The translations under genes and the position numbers were made by a program. Below the pieces are notes generated by a model. That model was given only the letters and a program-made list of their open reading frames with translations, was not told the DNA's origin and did no database searches. Positions 1 through 12,175 of a stretch of 64,000 nucleotides of DNA are shown here, one piece after another (positions within the stretch are counted from its first letter, which is position 1; every line of letters begins with the position of its first letter). The DNA is from Priapulus caudatus (lineage: Eukaryota): NCBI RefSeq assembly GCF_000485595.1, contig NW_014577072.1, positions 878,381-942,380 on the forward strand. Reading direction: 5' to 3'.

Positions 1-1377
1 TAGAAGTAGTAGTGAGTAGTAGTAGTCCAGGGCGGCGCCACAGGGCGGGCAGGGGTGGGGGCGTCGCCCCCCATCATTTGCAAGAAAAAGGAAAGAAGAA
101 GTGGAACGAAAAAAGAAAAAAGATAAAGAAAAAGAAATTAAGAAAAAGAAAATATGGAAAAAGGGTTAAAGAAGAAGTAAGCAAAAGAAAAGAAAAAAGA
201 AACATTCTTGCAAATGGTCTTGCAATATGATGGGTGGGGTGGGGCGGGTCACCACCCCCCCCCATCATTTGCAAGAAAAGGTAAAAGAAGATAGAATGGA
301 TTTCTTGAAATTAACTAGTGGGGATCCGCCATGAGTGATTATTGTAGACCTACAAGCTGGACCCCTTTTCATCGAAAAATATCGGGAAAAAATTAGTGTC
401 GAATTTAATCCATATAAAAACAAAGCCTGTGTTACTTTTAATTGATAGTCTCAGAGATTCGTCTATTAAGGGTTAAGGGTGTTATACGTAGTATTCCTTT
501 GGGGGTCAGGGTAGTCCTAGAGATATGCTGTGCGGGACCATCGATTTGTCGATGATGCTGTTTCCGGCGAAGGTAGGAGCAGCACTGGTTTGTAGGCTTT
601 ACGGCTGGGGAAAGTTATATGACAGCTTTTGAATCTGCCCGCGGCCTAATTGGGTGTAATGATTCATTAAGTTTCAAGTGTCAATGGTTCCTCTTTATAG
701 TTGTTTTATGCTATTCTGGGGTGGTTAATCAAGTTATAGATTCATTATTATATTATTAGAACGTTGATTGATTACATGAGTGTTTCCACTGACCGTCATT
801 ATCCATATGATACTCTTGACATGTAGATTCTTATTAGTTTAACATTTATACGTGTGCTGTCCCATTGAACTCGGCTTAAGTGTTAGCTAGGTGAGAAACA
901 AAGTTGTTGTGTAGAGGAGAAGGTTATGCTGATCGGTCCCTGATACGTGTCTCTAATGCGTGATTCTGTTGTTACACGGTCTAGCGTGTGTGATGGTGCT
1001 GGCGGGGGGGGGCGTGCAGGCCCGTAGCCAGCGGGGGGTTCGCTCAGGTTGCACCTTCAGGGTCGCTCCATGTTTAGTGGTAGTAGTAGTAGTAGTAGTA
1101 GTAGTTGTAGTAGTAGTAGTAGTAGTAGTATTCAAATCTAACGAGGCAATGATATTGCGATTGATTCAGGCGTGCATGATGTACGTATCGCCAATATTTA
1201 CGTATCATGTCGTTTTGGAATATAATAGACCAGCTGCATGTAAAGGTGCCAGTAATGACGCGGGCGCGTCGACATTTTATCGGGAAATATAAATATAACC
1301 GTTCTTGTCAAAATCGTCGGTTGAGCATCTGCGCCGCACGCGCCGCACGCGATTTCTACGATGTAGAATACTAGTTA

Positions 1378-1763
1378 AGCCCGGCGCATACGTGAGTAAT
1401 TTTACTCAAGTAAAATGATGCACGCGTTAAAATACTCACGCGAAATATTTTCAGCGTCCGCCGCACACGTGAGTAAAATTACTCAAGCTATAAGTCGTAA
1501 TGTAGATCACGTGACTGTGCGCAGCCAATACTGGGCGCAGTTATCTTTAAAATGATGTAAACGCATGAATGCGCTGTGAGTACCAGTGTTGAGTAAATTT
1601 ACGCAGCTAGCGCGCATACGTTTTGACGCATGAGTCAAAAATTGTCAAACATGTTTGATATTGAGTTTCTTGATGCATGCGTCGGAAAATCCGACGGACA
1701 CGTGAGTATTTTGACGCATGCATCATTTTACTTGAGTAAAATTACTCACGTGTGCGCCGGGCT
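1378..1763. mobile_element. PIF/Harbinger-type MITE
   Basis: TTA flanks both ends. Long TIR AGCCCGGCGCA(T/C)ACGTGAGTAATTTTACTCAAGTAAAATGATGCA... and its reverse complement ending CCGGGCT at 1763. Confidence 0.8.
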
Positions 1764-3290
1764 TTAGGGTTAGGTAAGAGAGTTCTCAGCCTAGTCAAAA
1801 CCCGAACAACAATACGGCATAAGATTTCATTGTAAGCATCACAAGCCGGCATTGATCACTAGTTGCGAGAGTACGTTCTATTTAATAAACGCTTGACGGG
1901 ATGCGAGCAGCGAAAATTGTAGCACGCACTCTGATCATCTCGGCTCATACTGATTCGGAACTTGTAGAAATTCGATCATTGCCAACACAGCATGCGTGGC
2001 AATCATCTGCTACAGCGGGCGCTGCAATGCGTTTTAAATTTTAACGAGTTAAAAAAAACAAGACAGCGCGCCACGTGTAATGTGTCAACTGCTGACGAGA
2101 AAGTATTTCGATTTATTAAAAAAAAAACTATACTTCGGGAAAACTAAAAAGCGCCCGCTATCCCAAAAAGCAAAGTTGCGCGTGCTGCGTGAGGATCATG
2201 GCGGTGAAGCGAATCACTGTTCGTTCGTTAATCACGTTGTACGTGGCAGAACACTTACGCATGCGGCACGATCATAGGGGTGCAGCGTAATAACACAGAT
2301 GCTCTCACACAAGAGCACGTGCAGTGCTACGCGCAGCGCATACACGTGCGTGCACGCACGCGGGTGTGCAAAGACGCGCAACCTCCTTCCCCAATGCAGC
2401 TATGCAAACATATACCAATAAGCAGAGAGGTGGATGCCATTTCGAATTAGACGTGTTTATTAAGTAACGTGATATCGTTGCTGTAATTCGGCCGCTTGCT
2501 CAGTAATTACTAGTTTTTGCATCCAGTCTTCCCGTCACACTAAAGTGTGCGCGTGCCTTCATCGGCGTGTGTGCGTGTATGTGTGTGCGCGCTTGCGCGC
2601 TCGTATGTGTGCGCATGACCTCGGAACCTCCTAGCAAAAGGTAACGTACGTAAGTTTTAAAGAAGAATTTCAACTGATGTGACAGTTTTGTATTAGTTCA
2701 ATTATAAAAGAGCAAGTATGAAACAAAATTGCATGTATAGCCGTTTATTGGTGCCTTGAATGCGGGGAAGTCCGTTACTTCACACCATTTTTATCAAAGT
2801 TAACCGGTAGGGAATACGATTCACCGCCTAAGAGGCCGTCACAAGGGGTTCGCCGAACCTGCCGACCAAGATACGCGGGTCGTTGTAAAAATAATGGTAA
2901 GTAGCACTGCTCTAAGCACATTACACTGGATGATTGCCAATTACGTCGACTAAATCAGAGAGTTGTTTGCACTCGACCGGACACAAATAATGAAGTCAGG
3001 AAAGCGTTAAATTTTGTTAGCTGCTGAAAGTATATTATACGCTGGATAATGACATAAGACATGTTGATATGTGTTGAGCAGCACAGGAAATCGGCGTGAC
3101 ATTGAGCATGTAGCAGCAGCATTAGTGAGCAGACACGCGCCGTGAACGCTAATGCCGGTTATCATTTTATACCATGCACCATGTTCGCTCTGGAAACGCT
3201 GATGCACACGTACGCACGCACACACGCATGCACGCACGCACGCACGTACGCACACACGCACGCACGCACGCACGAACGTCCATCCACCTC

Positions 3291-3330
<40 letters not shown>

Positions 3331-3570
3331 TATTGTTATCCATTAGCTGTTAACTACGCCCCATCGGTGACGACACATACGTCGGTTACTATATAGACGT
3401 CATTACGCTGCGATCGATCGGCTGAAGTGTCGGGCGGAGTAGCCTACGTCGGTAAACACGCCATATATTGCACCGCGCGGCCCACGACTACTGCGCTAGC
3501 ATATATCTACTCACGCTGCTGCCACACATCACTCTCGCTTTCCTTCCGACCATCGCACGTCGGCTGCTTA

Positions 3571-3851
3571 AGCCCGGCGCACACGTGAGTAATTTTACTC
3601 AAGTAAAATGATGCATGCGTCAAATGATTCAAATTATTTTCAGCGTCCGCCGCACAGGTGAGTAAAATTACTCAAGGTATAAGTGGTAATGCAGATCACG
3701 TGACTGTGCGCAGCCAATACTGGGCGCAGCCGTCTTTAAAATGATTTAAACGCATGCGCTGTGAGTACCAGTGTTGAGTAAATTTACGCAGCTAGCGCGC
3801 ACGTGTTGAGTATTTTGACGCATGAGTCAAAAATTATCAAACATGTTTGAT
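3571..3851. mobile_element. Truncated second copy of the 1378-1763 MITE
   Basis: High identity to 1378-~1660 starting tta|AGCCCGGCGCAC; the right TIR is missing. Confidence 0.8.
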
Positions 3852-4917
3852 TTACAGTCTTTACGTTTCCGGTAGCTGACGTGCTGGCATCGGCGAGTGG
3901 CAGGCTCTACTCTTCCGTAACTCACTGCGTTGGTTCGAATACCAGCAGGTCGCGGCCGATTTCGTACTCCTGAGAACTCGCTGCACGCGGTTGGAATCAC
4001 GGCGTTTCGTTGCGTGGCTCGAATCCTGGTAGCTTGCTGCGTGGTTCGAACCCAGGCAGCTTAATGCGGGCGGGGCTTGAGCCCCGGTACCTGTTGGGAC
4101 CTGTTGCGGGCTGTAGTCACGAGCTTCCCTATAGGCTCAAAACTCGACAGCTCTCTGTAGGACTCGAACCTCGGCAACTTTCTGCGAGGCTCAAACTACC
4201 AGACCCACTGGGATCGCGTGCATTCGCCTTGCAGATCCGCATACATTCGCGAATAAACGTTGCGTGTTTGACTTTCGCGACCTGTCGAATGAGCGGTATC
4301 GACAAGTCTCGCGGCACGGTCACGCAGCCGCGTCCACTCTCGGTTGTAAACAATGTCACAAGCGCGTTATGCAGCCTTTGTTACCGCTCGAGCACGAAGT
4401 CGTGAAAGGGCACTTGCCTCACGTGCGATATTAAATAGCATGCTACTAGAAAAACACACATGAAAGGCGACTATTGATCTGCGAAACCAGACCAACGCGA
4501 ACGGACGTACGCACGAACGCACACAGACCCAAACACACTCGCCACATTGCAAATGCGGGTCCTCGCGACATTGCGTCTTAATTGCATAAGTTTGCTAACG
4601 ACGCTAAATGTTCACATCGTCTACTACTCGCCTACTAGTAAAAGCAAGGAACGCCGTTATATATAGCTTCTGACTTCGGTATACGCCCTCGGACAATAAT
4701 AGTACGTTTGACGTTTTCTATTCACGCTGGATCACGCGCAACATTAAGCTAAGACCTATGTCCGAGGCAGAGGCGTACCTGCGAAGTCAGTGAAATGAAA
4801 ATACTACGACAATTAACACGTGAACCGTACAACACTTAATATATGCGGATTTGAGATGTTGTCAAGAAAGATCCGTTTGTGAGTAATTATTGTTACATGT
4901 ATTCCCAAGCATAAGTT

Positions 4918-4972
<55 letters not shown>

Positions 4973-5006
4973 CTAATAATACTATCAAGAGCTAATTATT
5001 AGTTCT

Positions 5007-5052
<46 letters not shown>

Positions 5053-5606
5053 ATATATATACATGCGTGCGTGTGTGTGCGCGCATCCAAGTGTCCAATC
5101 CATGGCTATGCTATGCTAACGGCGACTTAGCATTTCTAAGATCGACTGAGAAAAACGCGTTCATTTAAATAGCCTATCAGAGATTTAGATGGCAGCGCCT
5201 GCCAGAGGATGACAAATCTGTATTTGTGAGGTTATTCAGCCGGCGCAGATGCATGAATAAATAACTTGTGGCAACGTGAAGCAATCACGACGATTATAAT
5301 GAATCATCAACGAATCATGTTTCCAGCTGCGGTTCAAAATGCAAACACACGCACAAGCACACGTGCACGCATGCACGCACGCGCGCAGATATATTAATAT
5401 AATCTAACTGCGCATATATTTTGGAACGTTGACTATGCATCGGGTAAATAAATAACGTATTTGCTTGGCTTGTTGTGTAAACCTTGTACGAGTAATTCTT
5501 GTCTCTAGCCAGAAGAAAAATGCAAACCGCCCATCACGTTTAGAATAATCTCCCCCGTGCGGCCGCCAGTGTCGCTACTGCACAACAGCGGCTTGCGGAC
5601 GCGTCA

Positions 5607-5644
<38 letters not shown>

Positions 5645-5880
5645 GCGCTTCCCGCGGATATTTTTGTATTTTTGCGCGCAACCGCAAACTATCGCGCTAT
5701 CGCGAAGTAGCATTTAAATCGCTGACTAAGTCAATAGTCAGAGGATATTCAACCGCAATCACCCGACGCTCGTCCCTCATAACCCATCGAGTTCCACAAC
5801 GCAAATAATTATACCTCGACGCATTTCGCAATGTGCAAATACTAGTTAGCCATATATAATGATGTGTCTGTGATGGAGGG

Positions 5881-6192
5881 GATTCTAGGACTACTCTCCG
5901 CTGGACAACTACCCCCTGGACAACTACCCCCCGGACAACTACCCCCCTGGCTAACTACCCCTCTAGGACAACTACCACCCGGACAACTACCACCCGGACA
6001 ATTACCCCCCTAGGACAACTACCACCCGGACAACTACCCCCCTAGGACAATTACTCCCCTAGGACAACCATAACCCTAACCCTAACCCTAACCCTAACCC
6101 TAACCCTAAGGGGGGAGTTGTCCTAGGGGAATAATTGTCCGGGTGGTAGTTGTCCGGGGAGTAGTTGTCTAGGGGTTAGTCGTCCGGATACG
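5881..6192. mobile_element. Non-autonomous element with GGACAACTACCCC subterminal repeats and a (TAACCC)n core
   Basis: Direct repeat GATGGAGGG flanks both ends (5872-5880, 6193-6201). GGACAACTAC repeats on the left are inverted on the right, around a (TAACCC)n tract at ~6071-6108. Confidence 0.7.
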
Positions 6193-6360
6193 GATGGAGG
6201 GAGCCGGGCCACGCGCGCATGCTTGGGTACACACCAGCGTGACAATTGTCGTTGTGTTTCTGCTCCAAAACGCTAAAACGCTTAATGCCGTTTAGGCAAT
6301 GTCAACAGGCGCGCTCCCGCGGTCGGCTGCTTGTTATGCGCTCACGCACTATGCGGCTGA

Positions 6361-6413
<53 letters not shown>

Positions 6414-6628
6414 GATGCCACGCGAAGAACGTCACACGCACCTGCGCGCAGTAATCGTGCGCGAGCATGCGTGCGCGCGTGCGTGCGCGTTAGATTGAGT
6501 GTGCGCGTGCATGCGTGCAGGATCGCGTGCGCGGGTGCGTGTACGTGTACGTCAGTGAATGTCCACGCGTGTAAGCGGCTAGGGAGGCAAGCGTGAAGCG
6601 CTGCTGTACGGAGTGAATGAGTTTATAA

Positions 6629-7218
6629 GGCGCGTTCACACGGACGTTTTTAGCCCGAGCCTAATTAGGCCCGCGCCAAATTTGGCTCGAGCCGAGCGTT
6701 CACACGGTCGTTTTTGGCCCGAGCCTAATGAGGCCCGCGCCAAATTTGGCTCGAGCCGAGCGTTCACACGGACGGTTTTTCGGGGCCGTGCCGAGTTAGC
6801 ACGTGCCAATTTTGTCCCATCGAAAACGTCTGACCAGGCCCGAGCCAAATTTTAGCACCAGCTAAATCCGTAGAGCGGTAGATATCGCGAGTGTCGAACG
6901 TGTACTTCGACGAAATAAAGTCCAAAACAGTATAAAAATTCGAAAAATTTGATCAGGATGCATGTTTTCAAGATTTATAATTGAACTCGGAACGGAAGTA
7001 AACACTGAATCGTACACAACGCTATCTCGCGACATACTGCCAAAGTATCTGTGAGATATTTGTGCAATAAAATTTATTTGAATTTGAATTTGAATTTGAC
7101 ACACAGTATTCACTTGCGTACGTGTGAACGCTTCGACTCAAACCGGCCCGAGCCAAATTTAGCCTGAGCAAAATGTAGCCCATTTAGCTCGAGCCAAACC
7201 ATTACCGTGTGAACGCGG
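6629..7218. mobile_element. Harbinger-like MITE with internal tandem repeats
   Basis: TAA flanks, TIR core CGCGTTCACACGG / CCGTGTGAACGCG, and internal ~64-bp tandem units containing CCCGAGCC/AAATTTGGCTCGAGCC. Confidence 0.65.
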
Positions 7219-8714
7219 TAATAGTGTCTATTTATGGGGTATGTTGTCTGGTTTTCTCTGTCCGCAGCTGGTTATATTCATCCACTAGGTTACTTTAAAT
7301 ATCTATACCTTTCTATATATAATGAGATAAGATCAAACTCGGTCGGTGGTCGGTGAAGTGGAATAAACGCTCGTCAGTAACCAATGGATACACGCAGGCA
7401 CGTGTCTCAGTTCGCATTTGAATGCACGCGGCGTCGGGAAAGCTAGCGTATCACATAAGATAACAAGCAATTCTATTACGGTTAACGCCTGCGTTGTTAG
7501 CCGCATCGTTTCCACCCGAAATGAGGTTTTAAGTCTTTTCGTAAAGATCTTTATACTGTAAGTGCTGTGAGTGGAGCGCACACATGCGTACATACAAGAT
7601 GAGTCAGCGTGGCCATGAGCCGCGTGGATCAGCACTACGCTTTTAAGAACGCACGCTCGAAATGTTAACGACCAAATTTCACTAAAAGGTATCATTTTAT
7701 CTACGAAAAAGATATAACGACTTCATTGAGAACTATTGAACCAATTGTCACGTCTTCGCCACCCGCGCGACAGTAGCTAAGCGATAATTGTTGAGCCAGT
7801 GAATTTGTTAGGAGAAGTTATCACCTGAGGCGGACAGCTTCACTTGCCGGAGTTTATATTTATGGCCTCATCTACTCGACTAAGAACATCGTTACATAGT
7901 GAGAGGCAACGGTAAGTTCACGGGATGGGCGTTGGAGTTGTTACGTATTTACAGCTATATACGCTTGATGAATGCACCTGCATGCCCGTGCACCCAGCTA
8001 GTGTAGCTTCAGCAGTATACGACCAGCGGTTCATACCACGTAACCAAATCGAATATGTAAATCAGTATGATTAGATATGGATTAATGAGAATTTCTTATT
8101 TTCGTGTAAAATGCATAAAATCGGATACCTTATGTAGAGGCCATTAGCTACCTATATTGCATAGGCCTAAAGCTATGCTGTCGTGCCAGGGTGATCTGTC
8201 TAACAGAGAAAGAAATGGATCGCTTCTCGGATCTGGTAGGTGGTAGAGAAAGGAGTGCCCGGAAGTGACAAGAACTGTGGATGAATTGATCCTAAACTCT
8301 AATAAAATTACACCGCTTGAAATATGTATTATTAGGTCGGAAATTTTAAATGCATGTTGCTTCCTTTTCTTTAATCCGTTTTAATCGGTAATCACACATG
8401 CTTGAACTTTTTCTGTAGTTCTCTCCACTAGCGAATCTACGGGATGTCATTAAGGCATGTCCAGTACCAGCAGGCGTGTGAAGAAACCCGTGAAGCAGTA
8501 ATCTATGAGAGCTTCGCACTTCCATTTTACTTATTGTATCCTAAATTGAGTGCTCGCTAGATGCCCGAAAATTACTGTCTGAAGTAATAAAATGCGTTGC
8601 TGTCCAAGACTCCGCTTCAGAATCCGCTCAGAAAGGTGACAGCACTCACCCCGAGCCGCTCACTGCTGGGTATACTATAGGCTAATGGTGAAATCTCAGA
8701 AAGGGACTGAAAAT

Positions 8715-8912
8715 GGGTCTAACCCCTCCCCCATCTTAGAACAAAACACAATCTATTTTTTCTTCAAGGGGGATGTCTGTGAGTTAGAAAATCATTGGAG
8801 TGATGTGCAATGATCTCGGATTTACAACCATGAATTTCTAACTCCCCAGACATTCCTATTGATGAAAAAATAGGTTGTGTTTTGTTCTAAGATGGGGAGG
8901 CGTACTCGACCC
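8715..8912. mobile_element. Short inverted-repeat (MITE-like) remnant
   Basis: cctcccccatcttagaacaaaacaca at ~8725-8750 vs tgtgttttgttctaagatggggagg at ~8877-8900. Confidence 0.5.
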
Positions 8913-10351
8913 AAAAGCGCCCTCCGCCACTAGCCTACTACCCCAGTGTCTGTTAAACACTGAACTTGTCAGCGCTCATGTCAAAACTCAGTACGTAGGT
9001 AGAGGGTCCAGAGATTCCTATTTACATGTTGTTACATATAAACATTATATAGTGTTTATCACTAACTACTGATTTCCTGTTTTCATGCTTTTATGGTGAG
9101 TTATTAATTTACGTGAGCTTACTGGTTAATAGCAAAAGCTCGATTAAATTTTTCAATTAATTTTGATTTACAACGTGTGCTTGAGCCCAGTATTAGAAGG
9201 AAGGCTCATGAACATTATTATTATTTAATAGAGGTTTGTATGAAAAATGTATTTTTTTAATGATTTTTATATAGACGTGCCTACTATTTTAGTACAAAAG
9301 CGTTATATTTATTGCGCATTTACAACTCATGCCTAAATTAAGTGTATAGCCTAAGTAGAGGACCGGGGCACCTTACCATTCGTTATACTTTCTGTATTCT
9401 TTCTCTTCTCTTTCTCGCTCTTTCTCTTTTTCTCTCTCTCTTTCTCTCTCTCACACACACTCTCTGTCTCGTGCTCTCTCTTTTTCTTTGCTTCTTTTTT
9501 TCTCTATTTCTGTCCTTCCCTTTCTCTCGCGCTCTCGCCCTCTTTGTGGACGTTTTTTTTCATCTTACGCCTAACGCTGTGTATGTGCTCCACGTAACCT
9601 TCTTTTCCTCCGTCGACATATTGTGCTATTTTCACGCACGAGGATCAAGTGTTTACTGAGGTGTCCAGCGAATCATCGCATGAGAAGATTCGCGGTCACG
9701 CAGCAGTACGTACGGCGAAGCAGCGACCATGTTTCCTACACACGTTATATAGTCACTGAGTGGTTTACTCGCTGATTTACATATGCAGCTAGCCAGAGGA
9801 CACTCGCCACGTTAGCAACCGTTTACTGACCATATTTACTATTTACACTTAACCCGAATCATGCGCAAACTACGTGTAGCTGAACTAACGTCGCATAAGC
9901 AGGACAACAAATTAAATGCAGCAGACAATAAACGATTCTCTTTCGTATGCGCCTTAAAATAACCCCGGCTAGCGATTAGTGAAGGTATATGGTTAATCCT
10001 CCGACCTATATTAACTGCTACTGCGCGTTTTCGCCGTGTTTTTGCACACAAGAAAACTAATAAGGCAGCCGGTGACAATGCCATGTCGATTTTGCCTGTT
10101 CGTGTAAACATGACGCCCGCGCCAGCGTCGTGCGTGTGTAACCCACGCGCATATAGAATCAACTCGCTGCGACTATTAAATCATTTCAAAGAATATTTTC
10201 GGTGTTTGGTTGAGTGTGTAGGAACGGGTAGAGCAGGATGGTGAGTATTCTGCTCTACTCTACTGTGAATAGAATTTCTCTTTATTGATTCATCTCCGTG
10301 TAGCCTCTGACGCCTATACTTATCAGAACATGGTAACATGTCTCAGCGGAG

Positions 10352-10637
10352 AGCGGCCCATACACGCACAATATTATTGACAATAGCAAAATTGCAATAT
10401 TGAAGGGAAATTTTGACTTGCGCAATATTCGGACGGAATCAAAACCCAGTAGATATTTGTTGAAGGTTGCGCAATATTATCAAGGTTGCGCAAGGGCAAC
10501 GCTAGAATCCATGTCTGTTCACCTTCAGCATCAGAGCACAAATGACAATATTGCACAATATTATTGTGCCGTTGGTAGCCAACAGAATTTCTTGTCAATA
10601 ATATTGCATCAATGATATTGTGCGTGTATGGGCCGCT
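10352..10637. mobile_element. MITE with AGCGGCCCATACACGCACAATAT TIRs
   Basis: Terminal inverted match agcggcccatacacgcacaatat / atattgtgcgtgtatgggccgct, with internal CAATATTG repeats. Confidence 0.7.
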
Positions 10638-12044
10638 AATGCCATGTTGGCATATTGGCTTCTAACAGTCGGATAATCACGACAGGCATCTCAAGGACAC
10701 GTGATAAACGAGGTGTTTACGTTATCTAGTTATCGAGATACGAGCTCGTCTCTCCGGAAAAATAATTCTGACGACCAGCGGACGTCCATATTTGCATAAA
10801 ACGTCAAGATCATTAGATTTTGTAGATATTCAAATACAAGCGTTTCTGATTCGTCAGTGATTACGCTCAGATAACTCCAATGTAATTGGTATAATTATGC
10901 AAAGGTTAGGTGTCTAATATATAAGTAAAATGAATAAAAACATCGATACATAAATATAAATAGAATAATAAAATGTTTAATTACTAACAACTATATACGT
11001 ATTCATTAATGTACATGCTCGCATCTGTCATGGTAAGGACGGGAAGATCTTTGAGGGTTATATTCAGCTTTGTGTGAGGTCATAAAGTTGGCCCAGGTGA
11101 GATACGCCATCTTCAAAATCAGCCCATGGCTGTCTTTATGGTTCGAATCTGGGGTATCGCCGACTAGAGTTGTTGTTCGTGAATGCCTCCCTGGCTTCGC
11201 ATCAACATTCAACTCGATGCATGGTGTGCGCGTGCGCGCGTCAGTGATCGAATGCATGTATGTGCAGGCTCTAGTGTGCGTACGTATAGGTGCATGCGCG
11301 CATGTGCCTGGGTGCGGTGCGCGTGCGCGTGTGCGTGTGCGTGTGCCTGTGCCTGTGCGCGTGCATGTGGCCAGGTGTGGTGTGCGTGTATGTACGTGAG
11401 TAGGCGCGTGCAGGTGTTTGTGTGCGGTGCGCGTGTGCGTGCATGTGTCCGTGTGCGGTGTGCGTGCGTGCACGTGCGCGGGCGCGTGCATGTGTCCGTG
11501 TGCGGTGCGCGTGTGTACGCATCATGTGCCTAAACACGGGCACGTACACGGAAGATACGATGCAGCGGATTACGATGTGTTAATGTGTATAATTATATTA
11601 CATTTATGTGTTATCTATCTCATAATTTATGAATACATATTAAGATACAGGAAGATTTTTTTTACGGGAGGATGCGATCCAACGAGTAATCGGAGTATAC
11701 GGACCTAACGAGCGAACTTAGGTTCGAATTGGACAAAAAAAAAATGCTCTCGTGGCAACACCGGCATCCTGACTCTGTGACTGTGCACGAGTCTTAGAAA
11801 ATTAGGTTGTCTGAGACTGCATTTCGCGCGTTTTGAAGGCAGTATGATATGAAAACAGGCAGCCAAAAGCGAACCTCAAAGCGTGGACATTTCTCAAATT
11901 TTTGAACTTCAAAACAGATTTTTCCCACAAAAAAGTGGACCTCCGCAGCCTGTGGGGAGGGGGCGCCCTTCGCACCCCCTCCCTACGGGCCTGATTAATA
12001 GCGCCGCAGGCAATATCGGGATTTATTATTCATATCACGTGTAA

Positions 12045-12175
12045 ATTCTGGTAAAGTATCTGTAAGTATTCTGTAAAGTATCTGTAAGTATCAGTATCTG
12101 TAAGTATCAGTAAAGTATCTGTAAGTATCTGTAAAGTATTCTGGTAAAAAATTCTGTAAAATTCTGGTAAAGTAT
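12045..12175. repeat. AGTATCTGTA(A)-type minisatellite
   Basis: Degenerate tandem 11-13-mers. Confidence 0.75.

Noticed and set aside
3885..3960. Possible tRNA gene
   Set aside because: A/B-box-like motifs are present but no convincing cloverleaf could be built.
5889..6070. Regular short repeats resembling a CRISPR array
   Set aside because: No unique spacers, eukaryotic context and no cas genes; these are subterminal repeats of a mobile element.
1017..11993. CAGGCCCGTAG at 1017 and CTACGGGCCTG at ~11983-11993 as TIRs of one 11-kb transposon
   Set aside because: No matching TSD and no transposase between them; more likely ends of separate small elements of the same family.
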